From positions 1 to 64,000 of the forward strand of contig CAXBME010000021.1 of the NCBI GenBank assembly GCA_963976765.1: DNA of 64,000 nt. The letters are read 5' to 3'. Origin of the DNA: an uncultured Planctomycetaceae bacterium (GTDB taxonomy: Bacteria; Planctomycetota; Planctomycetia; Planctomycetales; Planctomycetaceae). Shown piece by piece: positions 39,786 to 49,796 of the stretch. The notes beneath the pieces are model-generated. The model was not told the origin of the DNA. It saw nothing but the letters and a program-made list of their open reading frames with translations, and ran no database searches. The position numbers and the translations under genes were made by a program. Each line of letters begins with the position of its first letter. Position 1 is the stretch's first letter.

Positions 39786-40001
39786 GGCTCGCTCCTTGTC
39801 ATTAACTCTGCCCTGCAAGCACTCACGCAAACGCGTGGGCTCACCAGAACACCACGCTAACGCGTACCCAATAGTACGGCAACACGAATTTGAGAAGAGA
39901 TACGCAGAAAATCCAAAACCGTCGACGACTGAGGATTTGCGTGCGACGGTGGTACGTCGAGACACCCTCTGCTGATCCTGAAGCAGCATTCGGCTGCGAG
40001 G

Positions 40002-41234
40002 TCAGTGGCTCTCTTCGGGCTTGTTAAGATCGTCGAGGGCGGCTTTGACGGTTTCGTACATCACGACGAATTCCGAAAGCCGCGTCTTTCGGAAGTTCTT
40101 GAGAGCTTCGTCGGAGAGGCCGCAAACGCACAGGGTTCGGCGACCATCGTTCATGCGATGCTGCAATTCTCCCAGCACGCCGAGCACGGTGTTGGAGAGG
40201 ATCCATGCTTCCTGGAAATCGATGATGAATTTCTCAGGTTGCCCATCAGCTTCCAGACTGAGCATTGACGACCGGAAGGCATCGGTGCTGGCTGAGTCGA
40301 GGATCTTGTGGTTGGTGACTCGCGCGAAAAGATTCTTGCCCTGCCAGACGATGTCCAGGTTGGGATAGTCTCGCCGCCTGAGAACCGTTCGCCAGGGTTC
40401 TTCGGCAACAACGCTGACCGTCGACGATTCTTCGCTGCGAGCCGGGCAGTGAATCATGATCACGTCGGCCGGCTTCATTTCGTTGTTGAATGTCGCGTGA
40501 ATGATGTTTTGCGGAATCGTGGCGGACTCACCAGCGTGCAGCACCTGACTTTTCTGGTCGATCCACTGCTCGACCTTGCCACTCGTCACGATGATCACCT
40601 CTTCCATGTCCGGGTGACGATGGAAGGACCACACGCAGTTGGGTTTGATCTGCACCCTGGCGACATGCAGCAACGCCGACGGAGTAATGGGAGGCCCGGC
40701 CAGCCAGTTCATATTTCCCCAGGGGAACGATTCAACTTCGAGTTGCCGCTCACGGTCAGCGACGAACTTGAAGAAGTCTCGAGGCAGGCCGTATCGACCG
40801 GGCGTGGGGCCGCTTGCTTCCGCAGGATTGATGACGACTCCTTCACCGTCAGCCTCGTCGCCCACCACACCGACTCCAGGATTTTCCCAGATATCTTTCG
40901 CCAATTCGACAGACTCACAAACGGTGACAAGTTTGTCGAGTCTGGTTGCTGTTATGACTTTCTGCACGATGGGATTCGTGCTGCAGAGCATGAGTCTGGT
41001 TTTCGCTCGGGCTGCGGTATTAGCCAGCCGAGCGATTTCGCCTAGCGTTCTGGATTGAATGAAGCCGGACCCCGAAAGGTCGATCACGACTCGCGGCGGC
41101 TGCGCCTCCCGGACGAAGATGTCGAGTTCGAGCAGCAGCGCGACGAACTTCTGATGGTCAGTCAGGCTGTTCAGCCGGACTATGATGCCGCCATCAACGG
41201 CTTCCGCTTCTGCACACTTGGAACTCAGCAACAT
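40002..41234 (-). CDS. STAS-cupin-STAS fusion protein
   Basis: VVIDLSGSGFIQSRTLG...TRLDKL; FHRHPDMEE...G.SATIPQNIIH; IIDFQEAWILSNTVLG...TRLSEF. ATG 41234 follows GAAGGAG. Confidence 0.82.
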   Translation of the reverse strand: MLLSSKCAEAEAVDGGIIVRLNSLTDHQKFVALLLELDIFVREAQPPRVVIDLSGSGFIQSRTLGEIARLANTAARAKTRLMLCSTNPIVQKVITATRLDKLVTVCESVELAKDIWENPGVGVVGDEADGEGVVINPAEASGPTPGRYGLPRDFFKFVADRERQLEVESFPWGNMNWLAGPPITPSALLHVARVQIKPNCVWSFHRHPDMEEVIIVTSGKVEQWIDQKSQVLHAGESATIPQNIIHATFNNEMKPADVIMIHCPARSEESSTVSVVAEEPWRTVLRRRDYPNLDIVWQGKNLFARVTNHKILDSASTDAFRSSMLSLEADGQPEKFIIDFQEAWILSNTVLGVLGELQHRMNDGRRTLCVCGLSDEALKNFRKTRLSEFVVMYETVKAALDDLNKPEESH

Positions 41235-41824
41235 TCGAAAAGCTCCTTCGTCGTTGTTCCCCAGGCCAACAGATGGCTCTTGTTGATCTGTCACCCGCGA
41301 TTTGTGTTGGAGATGTCTGCCGCAGTTGAAGTTGCGGGCGGCCAAGCCAACCGTTCGTAGTTCCGGGCGCCGGACGACCATCCAATTTCCGATGGCCGGT
41401 CCTGATTCTCCGCACGACGTGGTGAAACGACACTTGCCCGATCCTCACGATAGCCAGTCTTCCTGAAGACTTGCAGTCCGGTTTTGGAAATCCGACAGAG
41501 GATTGTCGCTGTCCCGCTAATGGCTTCTTCGGCATCGACAATTGCCTGTTTGAAGGCTGAGAGTCCGGATCAGTTGACAAAATCGTTGCCTGAAAGGCGC
41601 AGAAGATGTTGAGGTTTCTTCTTTTCGTGGCTGGCAGCTAATTGATCAGGTCCGGGCAATTGACTCTCCAACAAGGGTCCGCGAAAGTGTGCCGCACGAC
41701 TGCACGCTGTCCGGTCGCTCATCGCCTGTGAACGGCTGTTTCGGAACAAAATCTCAATGAACGCTTCGAAATGCAGCGTGCAGTGAATGAGGCATCGAAT
41801 CTGCAACTCTGAATTGATTTCGAA

Positions 41825-43210
41825 ATGAAACACGCCACAGCGGCGGCAAAGTTTGTCGCGAACGATGAACGTTCTCACTGGCACGACAAAGCGCTCTGGT
41901 TTGTCCGCTCAAAACGAGACAGGATGGTCAACAGCGTTCCCGAGTGGGAACTTCTGCGGGACACTGCGTCGGCCATTAAAGCGTACACGATGAGTCATAT
42001 GGCCGAGCTGCTGGAGCAGTTCGAGGAAAATGCCACGAAACTCGGCGCGACGGTCCACTGGGCAAAGGACGCGGCGGAACACAACGAAATCGTCCGCGGA
42101 CTCCTGCGTGATCACGACGTGAAGAAGCTGGTCAAAAGCAAGTCGATGCTGACCGAGGAATGTCATCTCAATCCGTTCCTCGAAAAGCACGACATCGAAG
42201 TCACTGATACAGACCTGGGTGAATGGCTGGTGCAACTTCGCAAAGAGACGCCCAGTCACATCGTCATGCCGGCGATCCATATCAAAAAGGAAGAAGTCGG
42301 CGAACTCTTTCACCGTGTACTGGGAACGGACGAGGGAGCCAGCGATCCTCCCTATCTGGCTGAGGCTGCCAGAACGGCGCTTCGCCAGAAGTTCATGGAA
42401 GCTGACGCTGGGCTGACAGGCGTCAACTTTGCCATTGCCGATACGGGTGGCATCGTTGTTTGCACCAACGAAGGGAACGCTGACCTGGGAGTTTCTCTGC
42501 CGAAGCTGCACATCGCCAGCATGGGTATCGAGAAACTCATCCCTCAGGCTCAACACCTTGGAGTCTTCCTCAGGCTTCTCGCACGGTCAGCGACTGGCCA
42601 GCCGATTACGACCTACAGTTCGCATTTCCACGGACCACGCCCCGGCGGAGAGCTGCATATCATTCTTGTCGATAACGGGCGGTCAAAGCTGCTGGCGAGT
42701 GAAGAGTTTCACCGATCTCTGAACTGCATTCGCTGCGGAGCGTGCATGAATACCTGCCCGGTCTATCGTCGAAGCGGCGGGCACAGCTACGGCACGACAG
42801 TGCCAGGCCCGATCGGATCGATCCTCGCTCCATCACGCGATGCCAAAGAACATTCGACACTGCCTTACGCATGCAGTCTTTGCGGATCGTGCACTGACGT
42901 CTGCCCGGTAAAGATCGATCTGCACCATCAGCTTCTCACCTGGCGAAAAGAGATTGCCGCTTTGGGCTACGTGCCGCTCGACAAGAGCGTTCCGATGAAG
43001 TTCGCATCGGCTGTATTCCGCAGGCCGTGGCTGTACCGACTGGCCGGTCGTGTTGCGAGAAATGTTGTTCCGTGGCTGCCGAGGTTCATGCTTTACAACC
43101 CGTTGAATGTCTGGGGACGACGACGGGAACTTCCCGAATTCCCCAGGGAAAGTTTCCAGCAGGCGTACGCTCGTCGGCAGAAAACTTCAGGAAAGGGGAA
43201 CGTAAGATGA
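41825..43210 (+). CDS. lutB: Lactate utilization protein B (LUD + 4Fe-4S)
   Basis: VKSKSMLTEE, DTDLGE, PSHIVMPAIH, CIRCGACMNTCPVY, CSLCGSCTDVCPVKI. Confidence 0.95.
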   Translation: MKHATAAAKFVANDERSHWHDKALWFVRSKRDRMVNSVPEWELLRDTASAIKAYTMSHMAELLEQFEENATKLGATVHWAKDAAEHNEIVRGLLRDHDVKKLVKSKSMLTEECHLNPFLEKHDIEVTDTDLGEWLVQLRKETPSHIVMPAIHIKKEEVGELFHRVLGTDEGASDPPYLAEAARTALRQKFMEADAGLTGVNFAIADTGGIVVCTNEGNADLGVSLPKLHIASMGIEKLIPQAQHLGVFLRLLARSATGQPITTYSSHFHGPRPGGELHIILVDNGRSKLLASEEFHRSLNCIRCGACMNTCPVYRRSGGHSYGTTVPGPIGSILAPSRDAKEHSTLPYACSLCGSCTDVCPVKIDLHHQLLTWRKEIAALGYVPLDKSVPMKFASAVFRRPWLYRLAGRVARNVVPWLPRFMLYNPLNVWGRRRELPEFPRESFQQAYARRQKTSGKGNVR

Positions 43211-43806
43211 GCAGTCGAGACACGATTCTTCAGGCAATTCGTAAAAGTCAACGTGAAACCACTCCGATGCCCACGCTGGATCAGGACTGGCTTCGATTTG
43301 ACGCCCCGATCGAACAGTTCACGACGGTTCTTGAATCGGTCGGCGGAAGGTGTATACGGGTCGGTTCCCCCTCGGAGATCAACGACCGGTTGGCAGAGTT
43401 TCCGCAGTTCGAGTCGGCAAATGTGCGGGCCTCTACGATCGAAGGACTTGGACAGCCAACGGTCAGCCTCGACACGATTGATGATCCACATAACGTCGAG
43501 AATGTGGACTTCGCAGTGCTGTCCGGAGAATTCGCCGTCGCCGAAAACGGAGCGGTCTGGGTAACCGATGAAACGCTCAAGCACCGCGTGCTGCATTTTA
43601 TTACCCAGCACCTGGCACTCGTTGTGCCGGCAAAGAACGTCGTCAACAACATGCACGAAGCCTACAAGCGACTCTCATTTGAGGGGCAGCGTTTCGGCAC
43701 CTTCATTTCAGGGCCGTCCAAAACGGCAGACATCGAGCAATCGCTGGTTATCGGCGCGCACGGCCCAAGATCGCACGTCGTTTTTCTTGTCGGTGATGAA
43801 TCGTGA
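43207..43806 (+). CDS. lutC: Lactate utilization protein C (LUD domain)
   Basis: MSSRDTIL, AVAENGAVW, FISGPSKTADIEQSLVIGAHGP; ATGA overlap with lutB. Confidence 0.92.
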   Translation: MSSRDTILQAIRKSQRETTPMPTLDQDWLRFDAPIEQFTTVLESVGGRCIRVGSPSEINDRLAEFPQFESANVRASTIEGLGQPTVSLDTIDDPHNVENVDFAVLSGEFAVAENGAVWVTDETLKHRVLHFITQHLALVVPAKNVVNNMHEAYKRLSFEGQRFGTFISGPSKTADIEQSLVIGAHGPRSHVVFLVGDES

Positions 43807-43821
43807 CGCAGAAGTCCCCGG

Positions 43822-45297
43822 TTATCCGCTGGACTCTTCCGGCCACTCCTGAGCAGGCAGCACACTTTCGATGACCGACAGGCTGTGATCTGTTCCAGCG
43901 TCCGGTGCCGGGATATCTTTGTGATCGCGAACACTCTCACCAGTCACCATGACTGAGAAAGTGGTCCCGGCGGAACTGGTTTCCGTCAGCTCAATTCGTC
44001 CGTTCGACTCGCGTTCCAGGAGCTGACGACAGACAAAGAGTCCCAGTCCTGTGCCCGTCGACTTTGTTGTGTAGTACGGCTCGAAAATGCTGAGGCGATT
44101 TTCTTCTCGAATGCCGTGACCAGTATCGCGAACGGAGATGTTGATCCAGCCGGATTGCAGGCTGGTGGAAATTTCGATGGTGCCTCCCTCGGGCGTCGCA
44201 TCCATCGCGTTGAGAATCAGATTCAAAAATACCTGCACCAGCTGATCGTGGACGACTCGCACAGAAGGCAGTCCTTCTGCATAACAGGTCACAATTCGTT
44301 TACCTTTTCGCCGCTTGTAATACTTGGCGATGTTCAACGCCTCTTCAACCGTTCTGTGAACATCACACAAGCCTGCCTGAGTGTTAGCCGGGCGGCTGAA
44401 GTCAACAAGTTCGCGGAGTGTGCCCTGAATCCGACGGAGCTGGTCGCCGATCATCTGGTAACGTTCGATCGTGAATTTATCGTCGGATTTTCGTTTGAGA
44501 ATCTGAACGAGCGAACTGATCGCCGCCAGCGGGTTTCCGACCTCGTGTGCGATGCCCGCAGCCAGCAATCCGAATGCCGCCTGCTTCTCATGCTGCACAA
44601 GCATCGCCTGCGATTCTCGCAGTTCCTGAGTCCGTTCCGCGATGCGATGTTCCAGTTGTTCATTTGCATCAGCCAGACGTTGACTTGCGATTCGAATCAG
44701 CATCGAAAGCTGAATGCTGGCCCAGGTAACCCACCCCATCGACACGACCATGATGACCCACGGCAGCATACTTGACGAAGACAACGTCAACAGCAGAATC
44801 GTGTAGCTGGTCGCGTGAAAAAAGAACGTGGTGTACGTGATAATCGGCGCATAGCGAATCGCGCACACAACGACCGAAAGCAGATAATAGAAACGGAACG
44901 CGCTTTCCTGACCGAGATCGAAGTAGCAAAGCAATCCGATAAAAACCGTTTCGAGCAGTGACACAGCCAGCGGCCAGTCGCTCAGGAAAACTTTGCCGCG
45001 GTAACTCCAGTAGGTGTCGAGCGCGACGTACGCCACACCGATGCAGAGAATCATGTTCAGCAGCAGGACATCTCGCGATGCTCCCGGCGGCAACAGATCA
45101 GCACCAATCAGATTCACCAGGGAGAATCCGACACAGACTCCGAACCATCGAATTCTGAGCGTGATCGCTTCAGCGGCGAGGTCGAATCGAAACGTTTCCT
45201 GGGAAGCTGATTCGGGTGTCACGGTTATGAACTCGGTTCGTTTCAGAAGATTCAGAAGAGGCTCGCAGGAAGTAAGATCGGCAATGGCAGGCGCCAT
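43822..45297 (-). CDS. Multi-TM sensor histidine kinase (NtrB-like)
   Basis: GLLAAGIAHEVGNPL, QVFLNLILNA, DTGHGI, FEPYYTTK, GTGLGL. Start uncertain. Confidence 0.92.
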   Translation of the reverse strand: MAPAIADLTSCEPLLNLLKRTEFITVTPESASQETFRFDLAAEAITLRIRWFGVCVGFSLVNLIGADLLPPGASRDVLLLNMILCIGVAYVALDTYWSYRGKVFLSDWPLAVSLLETVFIGLLCYFDLGQESAFRFYYLLSVVVCAIRYAPIITYTTFFFHATSYTILLLTLSSSSMLPWVIMVVSMGWVTWASIQLSMLIRIASQRLADANEQLEHRIAERTQELRESQAMLVQHEKQAAFGLLAAGIAHEVGNPLAAISSLVQILKRKSDDKFTIERYQMIGDQLRRIQGTLRELVDFSRPANTQAGLCDVHRTVEEALNIAKYYKRRKGKRIVTCYAEGLPSVRVVHDQLVQVFLNLILNAMDATPEGGTIEISTSLQSGWINISVRDTGHGIREENRLSIFEPYYTTKSTGTGLGLFVCRQLLERESNGRIELTETSSAGTTFSVMVTGESVRDHKDIPAPDAGTDHSLSVIESVLPAQEWPEESSG

Positions 45298-45538
45298 TCA
45301 TTTTCGTCGATAGCACGACAGGTTCTGCTGGTTTGCCGGAAGCTCTTTCACCATGCTTTGCGGACGTGTCGGAACAATACTAGATTAGCGGTCAGCTCTG
45401 ATGTTTGCCGAGCGTGCCGCTGTTTCAACCTGCCTCGTCCGACGACGCCTGCCCCTGTCGGTAATCTCTGTCTCCCTGTAACTCTCATCCCGATACTCCA
45501 CCAGAGTTCGTGTATCTCTCTTTTAAAGGACATTCCTG

Positions 45539-46861
45539 ATGCGAAGTGTCTTGTTCGCCACCTGCCTGCTGACCTTCTCGTTTTTATCAGCAATCGTCCA
45601 CGCCGAAGAGGGTTACTGGAATCAATTTCGAGGTCCACACGCTGACGGAACTTCCGAGTCGACAGGTTTGCCGTTGACGTTTGGTGAAGGTTCGAATGAA
45701 GTCGTATGGAAAGTCCCCATGACAGGCCGAGCGTGGTCGTCGCCGGTCGTCTGGGAAAATCAGCTCTGGGTCACGAACGCTCCTGAAATCGTTAATCCGG
45801 AAGGGGCGACCAATCAGGATTCGTTCTCAAAAGGGGCAAAGCCGTTGAAGGATCCGCTTCGGCTGTCAGCTGTTTGTCTCGACCTGAAAACAGGCAAAGT
45901 CATTCACGACGTAACCATCGCCGAAGTTTACGAGCCTCAGTACACGCACCCGACCAACAGTCTCGCGTCTCCGACTCCGTGGATCGAGGAAGGTCGAATT
46001 TATGTTCATTTTGGAACGTACGGAACGGCGTGCCTGGACACAGCAACCGGAAAGAAAATCTGGGAGAACAACGAACTGGAATGTCATCACTGGCGCGGGC
46101 CGGGTTCGTCTCCGATCGTCCACGGCGATCTGCTCTTTCTGACATTCGACGGGTACGACAAGCAGTTTATCGCGGCGCTGAACAAACACACTGGCAAGCT
46201 TGTCTGGAAGACTGATCGAGGCATCGATTATGGGACGGACAATGGAGACCGTAAGAAGGCCTATTCGACTCCGCTGATCGTTGACGCTGGCGGGCGGGAT
46301 GTCCTGGTCAGTCCCTTCGCGATGGCGACCATTGCGTACGTTCCGGAAACTGGCGAACCTGTCTGGAGAGTCAATCACGGAGGCATGAACGCCGGCTCAC
46401 GACCGCTGGCAGGGAACGGGCTGGTCTATATCAGTGCAGGAAGCGGTGCCGAATCTTTGATCGCCGTCGACCCGATAGGCAAAGGCGACATCACTGAAAC
46501 GAACATCAAATGGAAGGCCGGACGGATGATTCCCAAACGTCCGTCACAAGTGCTGATCGGTGATCGCTACTTCATGATGGAAGACGGCGGCGTTTGCTCC
46601 TGCCTGGATGCACTGACCGGTGAGAGTCTCTGGGCTGAACGTGTCTCAGGGGCCTACTGGTCATCGCCACTTTACGCCAATGGGCATCTCTATTGCTGTT
46701 CGCAGGACGGTAAGGTTGCAGTTATCAAGGTGGGTGACCATTTTGAACTCATCCACGAAACAGTGTTCGATGACGGCTTTACGGCGTCCCCGATCGTCGC
46801 GAATGACTCTCTGATTCTTCGCTCCCACTCTCACATTTACCGCATCGCAAAGCAGGACTGA
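45539..46861 (+). CDS. PQQ-binding-like beta-propeller protein
   Basis: Signal peptide; WNQFRGP, AWSSPVV, ASPTP, GSSPI, AYSTP, WSSPL. Confidence 0.92.
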   Translation: MRSVLFATCLLTFSFLSAIVHAEEGYWNQFRGPHADGTSESTGLPLTFGEGSNEVVWKVPMTGRAWSSPVVWENQLWVTNAPEIVNPEGATNQDSFSKGAKPLKDPLRLSAVCLDLKTGKVIHDVTIAEVYEPQYTHPTNSLASPTPWIEEGRIYVHFGTYGTACLDTATGKKIWENNELECHHWRGPGSSPIVHGDLLFLTFDGYDKQFIAALNKHTGKLVWKTDRGIDYGTDNGDRKKAYSTPLIVDAGGRDVLVSPFAMATIAYVPETGEPVWRVNHGGMNAGSRPLAGNGLVYISAGSGAESLIAVDPIGKGDITETNIKWKAGRMIPKRPSQVLIGDRYFMMEDGGVCSCLDALTGESLWAERVSGAYWSSPLYANGHLYCCSQDGKVAVIKVGDHFELIHETVFDDGFTASPIVANDSLILRSHSHIYRIAKQD

Positions 46862-46863
46862 CT

Positions 46864-47859
46864 ATGGACGGTGGTTCGATTGAGATTGTGACTTCGAACA
46901 TTTCAGGTCAGCAACAGTTTGATGGTGAAGCCTTCCCGCTTGTCTATGAATGTCGGACAGAGAATGCGAATCTGAAAACTGTTGACGATTGGCTGCGGCA
47001 ATCGCGGGCAACGCTTGATCGGCAGGTTCGCGAAGCCGGAACTGTTTTCTTCCGAGGTTTTCCGTTGTCGACCGACCAGGATTTCGATCACTTTATTCGG
47101 GCATTCGATTATCCAAACTTTCGCTATGAGGATTCGCTGTCCAATGCGGTGCGAGTCGTTCGAACCGAGCGAGTTTTCACGGCCAACGAAGCGCCACCGA
47201 ATGTGACAATCTGTCTGCACCACGAAATGGCTCAGACACCGGTCTACCCGAGCCGATTGTTCTTTTTCTGCGAGCATCCAGCTGAGCAGGGCGGCGCCAC
47301 TCCGCTGTGCAGGTCGGACATTCTGTTTGAAAGATTGCGCAACGAGTTCCCGGAGTTCGTCACCGACTGCGAAACAAAAGGACTGCTTTATACAAACATC
47401 ATGCCGGCTGAAAACGATCCCACTTCCGGAATGGGACGCAGCTGGCAGAGCACGTTCCGAGCAGAGACGCATGAAGAAGCGGAGCAACAACTGCAGAGGC
47501 TGGGCTACTCGTGGGAATGGCTGCCGGATGGTTGCCTGCGCAGCACGACTCCGGTTCTGCCGGCGGTAATGGAAATTGCCCCCGGTCGAAAGACGTTCTT
47601 CAATCAGCTAATCGCGGCATTTCGCGGCTGGAAAGACAGCCGCAACGATCCGACCAAAGCGGTGACTTTCGGCGATGGAAGTAAGTTGAATCCTGAAACG
47701 ATGGACCGAGTCGCTGCCATCGCTGAAGAACTGACGTTCGATGTGCCGTGGCAGAAAGGCGACGTCGCCCTGATCGACAACCGAGTCGTCATGCACGGCC
47801 GCCGAACTTTCAGCGGCACTCGCAAGGTACTGGCATCTCTCGTCGCGATGGATGCGTGA
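46864..47859 (+). CDS. TauD/TfdA-family 2OG-Fe(II) dioxygenase (clavaminate synthase-like)
   Basis: LHHEMAQ, LFFFC..P..GGATP, WQKGDVALIDN..VMHGRR. Confidence 0.92.
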   Translation: MDGGSIEIVTSNISGQQQFDGEAFPLVYECRTENANLKTVDDWLRQSRATLDRQVREAGTVFFRGFPLSTDQDFDHFIRAFDYPNFRYEDSLSNAVRVVRTERVFTANEAPPNVTICLHHEMAQTPVYPSRLFFFCEHPAEQGGATPLCRSDILFERLRNEFPEFVTDCETKGLLYTNIMPAENDPTSGMGRSWQSTFRAETHEEAEQQLQRLGYSWEWLPDGCLRSTTPVLPAVMEIAPGRKTFFNQLIAAFRGWKDSRNDPTKAVTFGDGSKLNPETMDRVAAIAEELTFDVPWQKGDVALIDNRVVMHGRRTFSGTRKVLASLVAMDA

Positions 47860-47881
47860 GTTCCCACTCGTCAATAAGTGA

Positions 47882-47955
47882 GTGCCACTGGCTTCGTCAG
47901 TGCCTTTCCATTTTGTTACCCAATGGCGACGCTGAACTGGCAGAGCCAGTGGCAC
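47882..47955. repeat. REP-like inverted repeat between convergent genes
   Basis: GTGCCACTGGCT(tcgtcagtg)...(aactggcag)AGCCAGTGGCAC; 12-bp perfect outer arms, and each arm is itself hairpin-like. Confidence 0.8.
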
Positions 47956-47995
47956 ACGGAGATTTGTGCCATCGTACTCTGTACAGCCTGCAACC

Positions 47996-49702
47996 TTAGC
48001 GTGTTCGTGACGTCGGACGCGTTGAAGGATGAACGACGCTCGGTGCTGTATTTTCAGAAGCCGCTTTTTTACTTTGCTCGCTCATCTGACGTCCCAGCAT
48101 CACGTCGCTGAAACCTTTAAGGTCCGTCCAGAAGGTGCCGTCGCCAGCGTAGATCATGTCGAGCTGGATATCGTCGGGCAGTCCCTGCGCGAAGACCCAG
48201 TTGTTGTAAGCCCTGCCAGAACCGAACGCTGAAACCGCCAGCCCGAATTTGTCAGCTTTGGCTTCTTCCGACATCTCACGAACGCTGGCGTCTGCCTCAC
48301 CCAGAAGACGCGTGGCCGACGCTTCGATCTCCGCTGTTTGCTTATCGATGGCTGCGACGAGCTTCTGTGTTTCGGCTGTAATTTCCTCGGCTTCCTTGTG
48401 CCCTTCCGCCAGACGGGTAGCCACCAGCTTTTCCGTTTCCGCCTCAGTCGTATCAGTCGCCAGTTTCACCTGATCCTCGGCCGCGCGCAGCAGCCCTTCC
48501 GTTCTTGCGGTAATCTGGTCCTGTTCGCGAGTCAGCTTCAGCTCGTTGGCGATGTTGCCTTGCTGAATCGGAGTTCGAACTTCCTGCGGGATATAGATGT
48601 GTCGGACAAGCCCGTTCAGCACGGTGATGCCCTTCTTATTGAGCACTGTCTGAAATCGCTCAGAAGTCCTCTTCTGGAACTCCTGTCGTGATTCTCCGAC
48701 GAGTAGTTCGACAGCTCCGAGCTTCGAACCTTCATTGCGGCAGATACTTTCGATCTGCGGATCGACGACGTTCTTTGCCACAGCATCGACGTTTCCGAAT
48801 CGACTGATCACGTCCGGCGCCTGATCAGGCATGACTCCCCAGATCGCGGTGAAGTCCATGTAAATGTCAAAACCGTCATTCGACGGGAAACCGATGCCCG
48901 AGTCTGTATCTCCGATGATCGGCTCGCCACTTTCTTCGTAAAGCGGTGTGCCATCACGGTCCTGCTTCAACTCAGCGATGATGCTCGTTTCCCGGTAGCC
49001 GATATTGACAATATCCACCTGCCGCTCCCTCGGATTGATCGGGTAAATCCCCGGCGGCAGAACATCTGGCTGGATGCCGGACTTGTGACCAGTCAGCGGG
49101 TTGTCGGCGAGGTTGGTCACCACGCCCACATAGCCAGTCGGAATGGAAACCCAGCCGGCCTGCTTGAACTGCAACCCACTGTTGATCAACTCAGTTTTCG
49201 TCTTCGTGACTTCATACGCGTGCCAGTTAACTCGGTATCTGCCTGGTGGAAGCACTTTGCGAAGGATGCCCTTCTCTGCCGTGCTTCCCAGGTCGCCGTC
49301 GACGAGAAACTCTCCGGCAGGCAGGTCTTTGCCCATCTTGCAGACGACGATTCCGACCTCACCCGGCTCGATCACAATGTCAGGGCGAATTTCAGTTTGC
49401 CACCAAAGCGGGCAGTAAAAGTGACGTCCCGGCCCGACAAGATTTTCAAGCACCCCCAGTTCGTCGGGAGTCTTTTTCCCTTCGGACACTTTGGCGAATG
49501 ATCCCTGCGTGGCGGGATTACGGGTTCCCAGACCAGGAATCGGCAGCGGCGGCCCCTTGTAACGCAGCAGCATGCTGTGCCCTTCCGGAACCCACACGCG
49601 GTTGTATCCCCATTCAACACTCAGCCAGCCACCGGCGGCGATGAGGGCAATTGTCACGGCCAGAACAGCGGCTGGCCCACCGGGTAGCTTTGCGATTTTC
49701 AT
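47996..49702 (-). CDS. SPFH/band-7 family membrane protein (second of a tandem pair)
   Basis: TM, three (I/V)xxG...PGx(H/Y) modules, FPSNDGF, coiled coil. ATG 49702 follows GGAG. Confidence 0.88.
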   Translation of the reverse strand: MKIAKLPGGPAAVLAVTIALIAAGGWLSVEWGYNRVWVPEGHSMLLRYKGPPLPIPGLGTRNPATQGSFAKVSEGKKTPDELGVLENLVGPGRHFYCPLWWQTEIRPDIVIEPGEVGIVVCKMGKDLPAGEFLVDGDLGSTAEKGILRKVLPPGRYRVNWHAYEVTKTKTELINSGLQFKQAGWVSIPTGYVGVVTNLADNPLTGHKSGIQPDVLPPGIYPINPRERQVDIVNIGYRETSIIAELKQDRDGTPLYEESGEPIIGDTDSGIGFPSNDGFDIYMDFTAIWGVMPDQAPDVISRFGNVDAVAKNVVDPQIESICRNEGSKLGAVELLVGESRQEFQKRTSERFQTVLNKKGITVLNGLVRHIYIPQEVRTPIQQGNIANELKLTREQDQITARTEGLLRAAEDQVKLATDTTEAETEKLVATRLAEGHKEAEEITAETQKLVAAIDKQTAEIEASATRLLGEADASVREMSEEAKADKFGLAVSAFGSGRAYNNWVFAQGLPDDIQLDMIYAGDGTFWTDLKGFSDVMLGRQMSEQSKKAASENTAPSVVHPSTRPTSRTR

Positions 49703-49796
49703 ATTGTTGACTCCGAGACAATTCGGACTTCTGTTGAGTGATTTGGATCGATCATAAACTCGGTTCAAAAAGTCGAACGCTGACTGACCGGATGAG

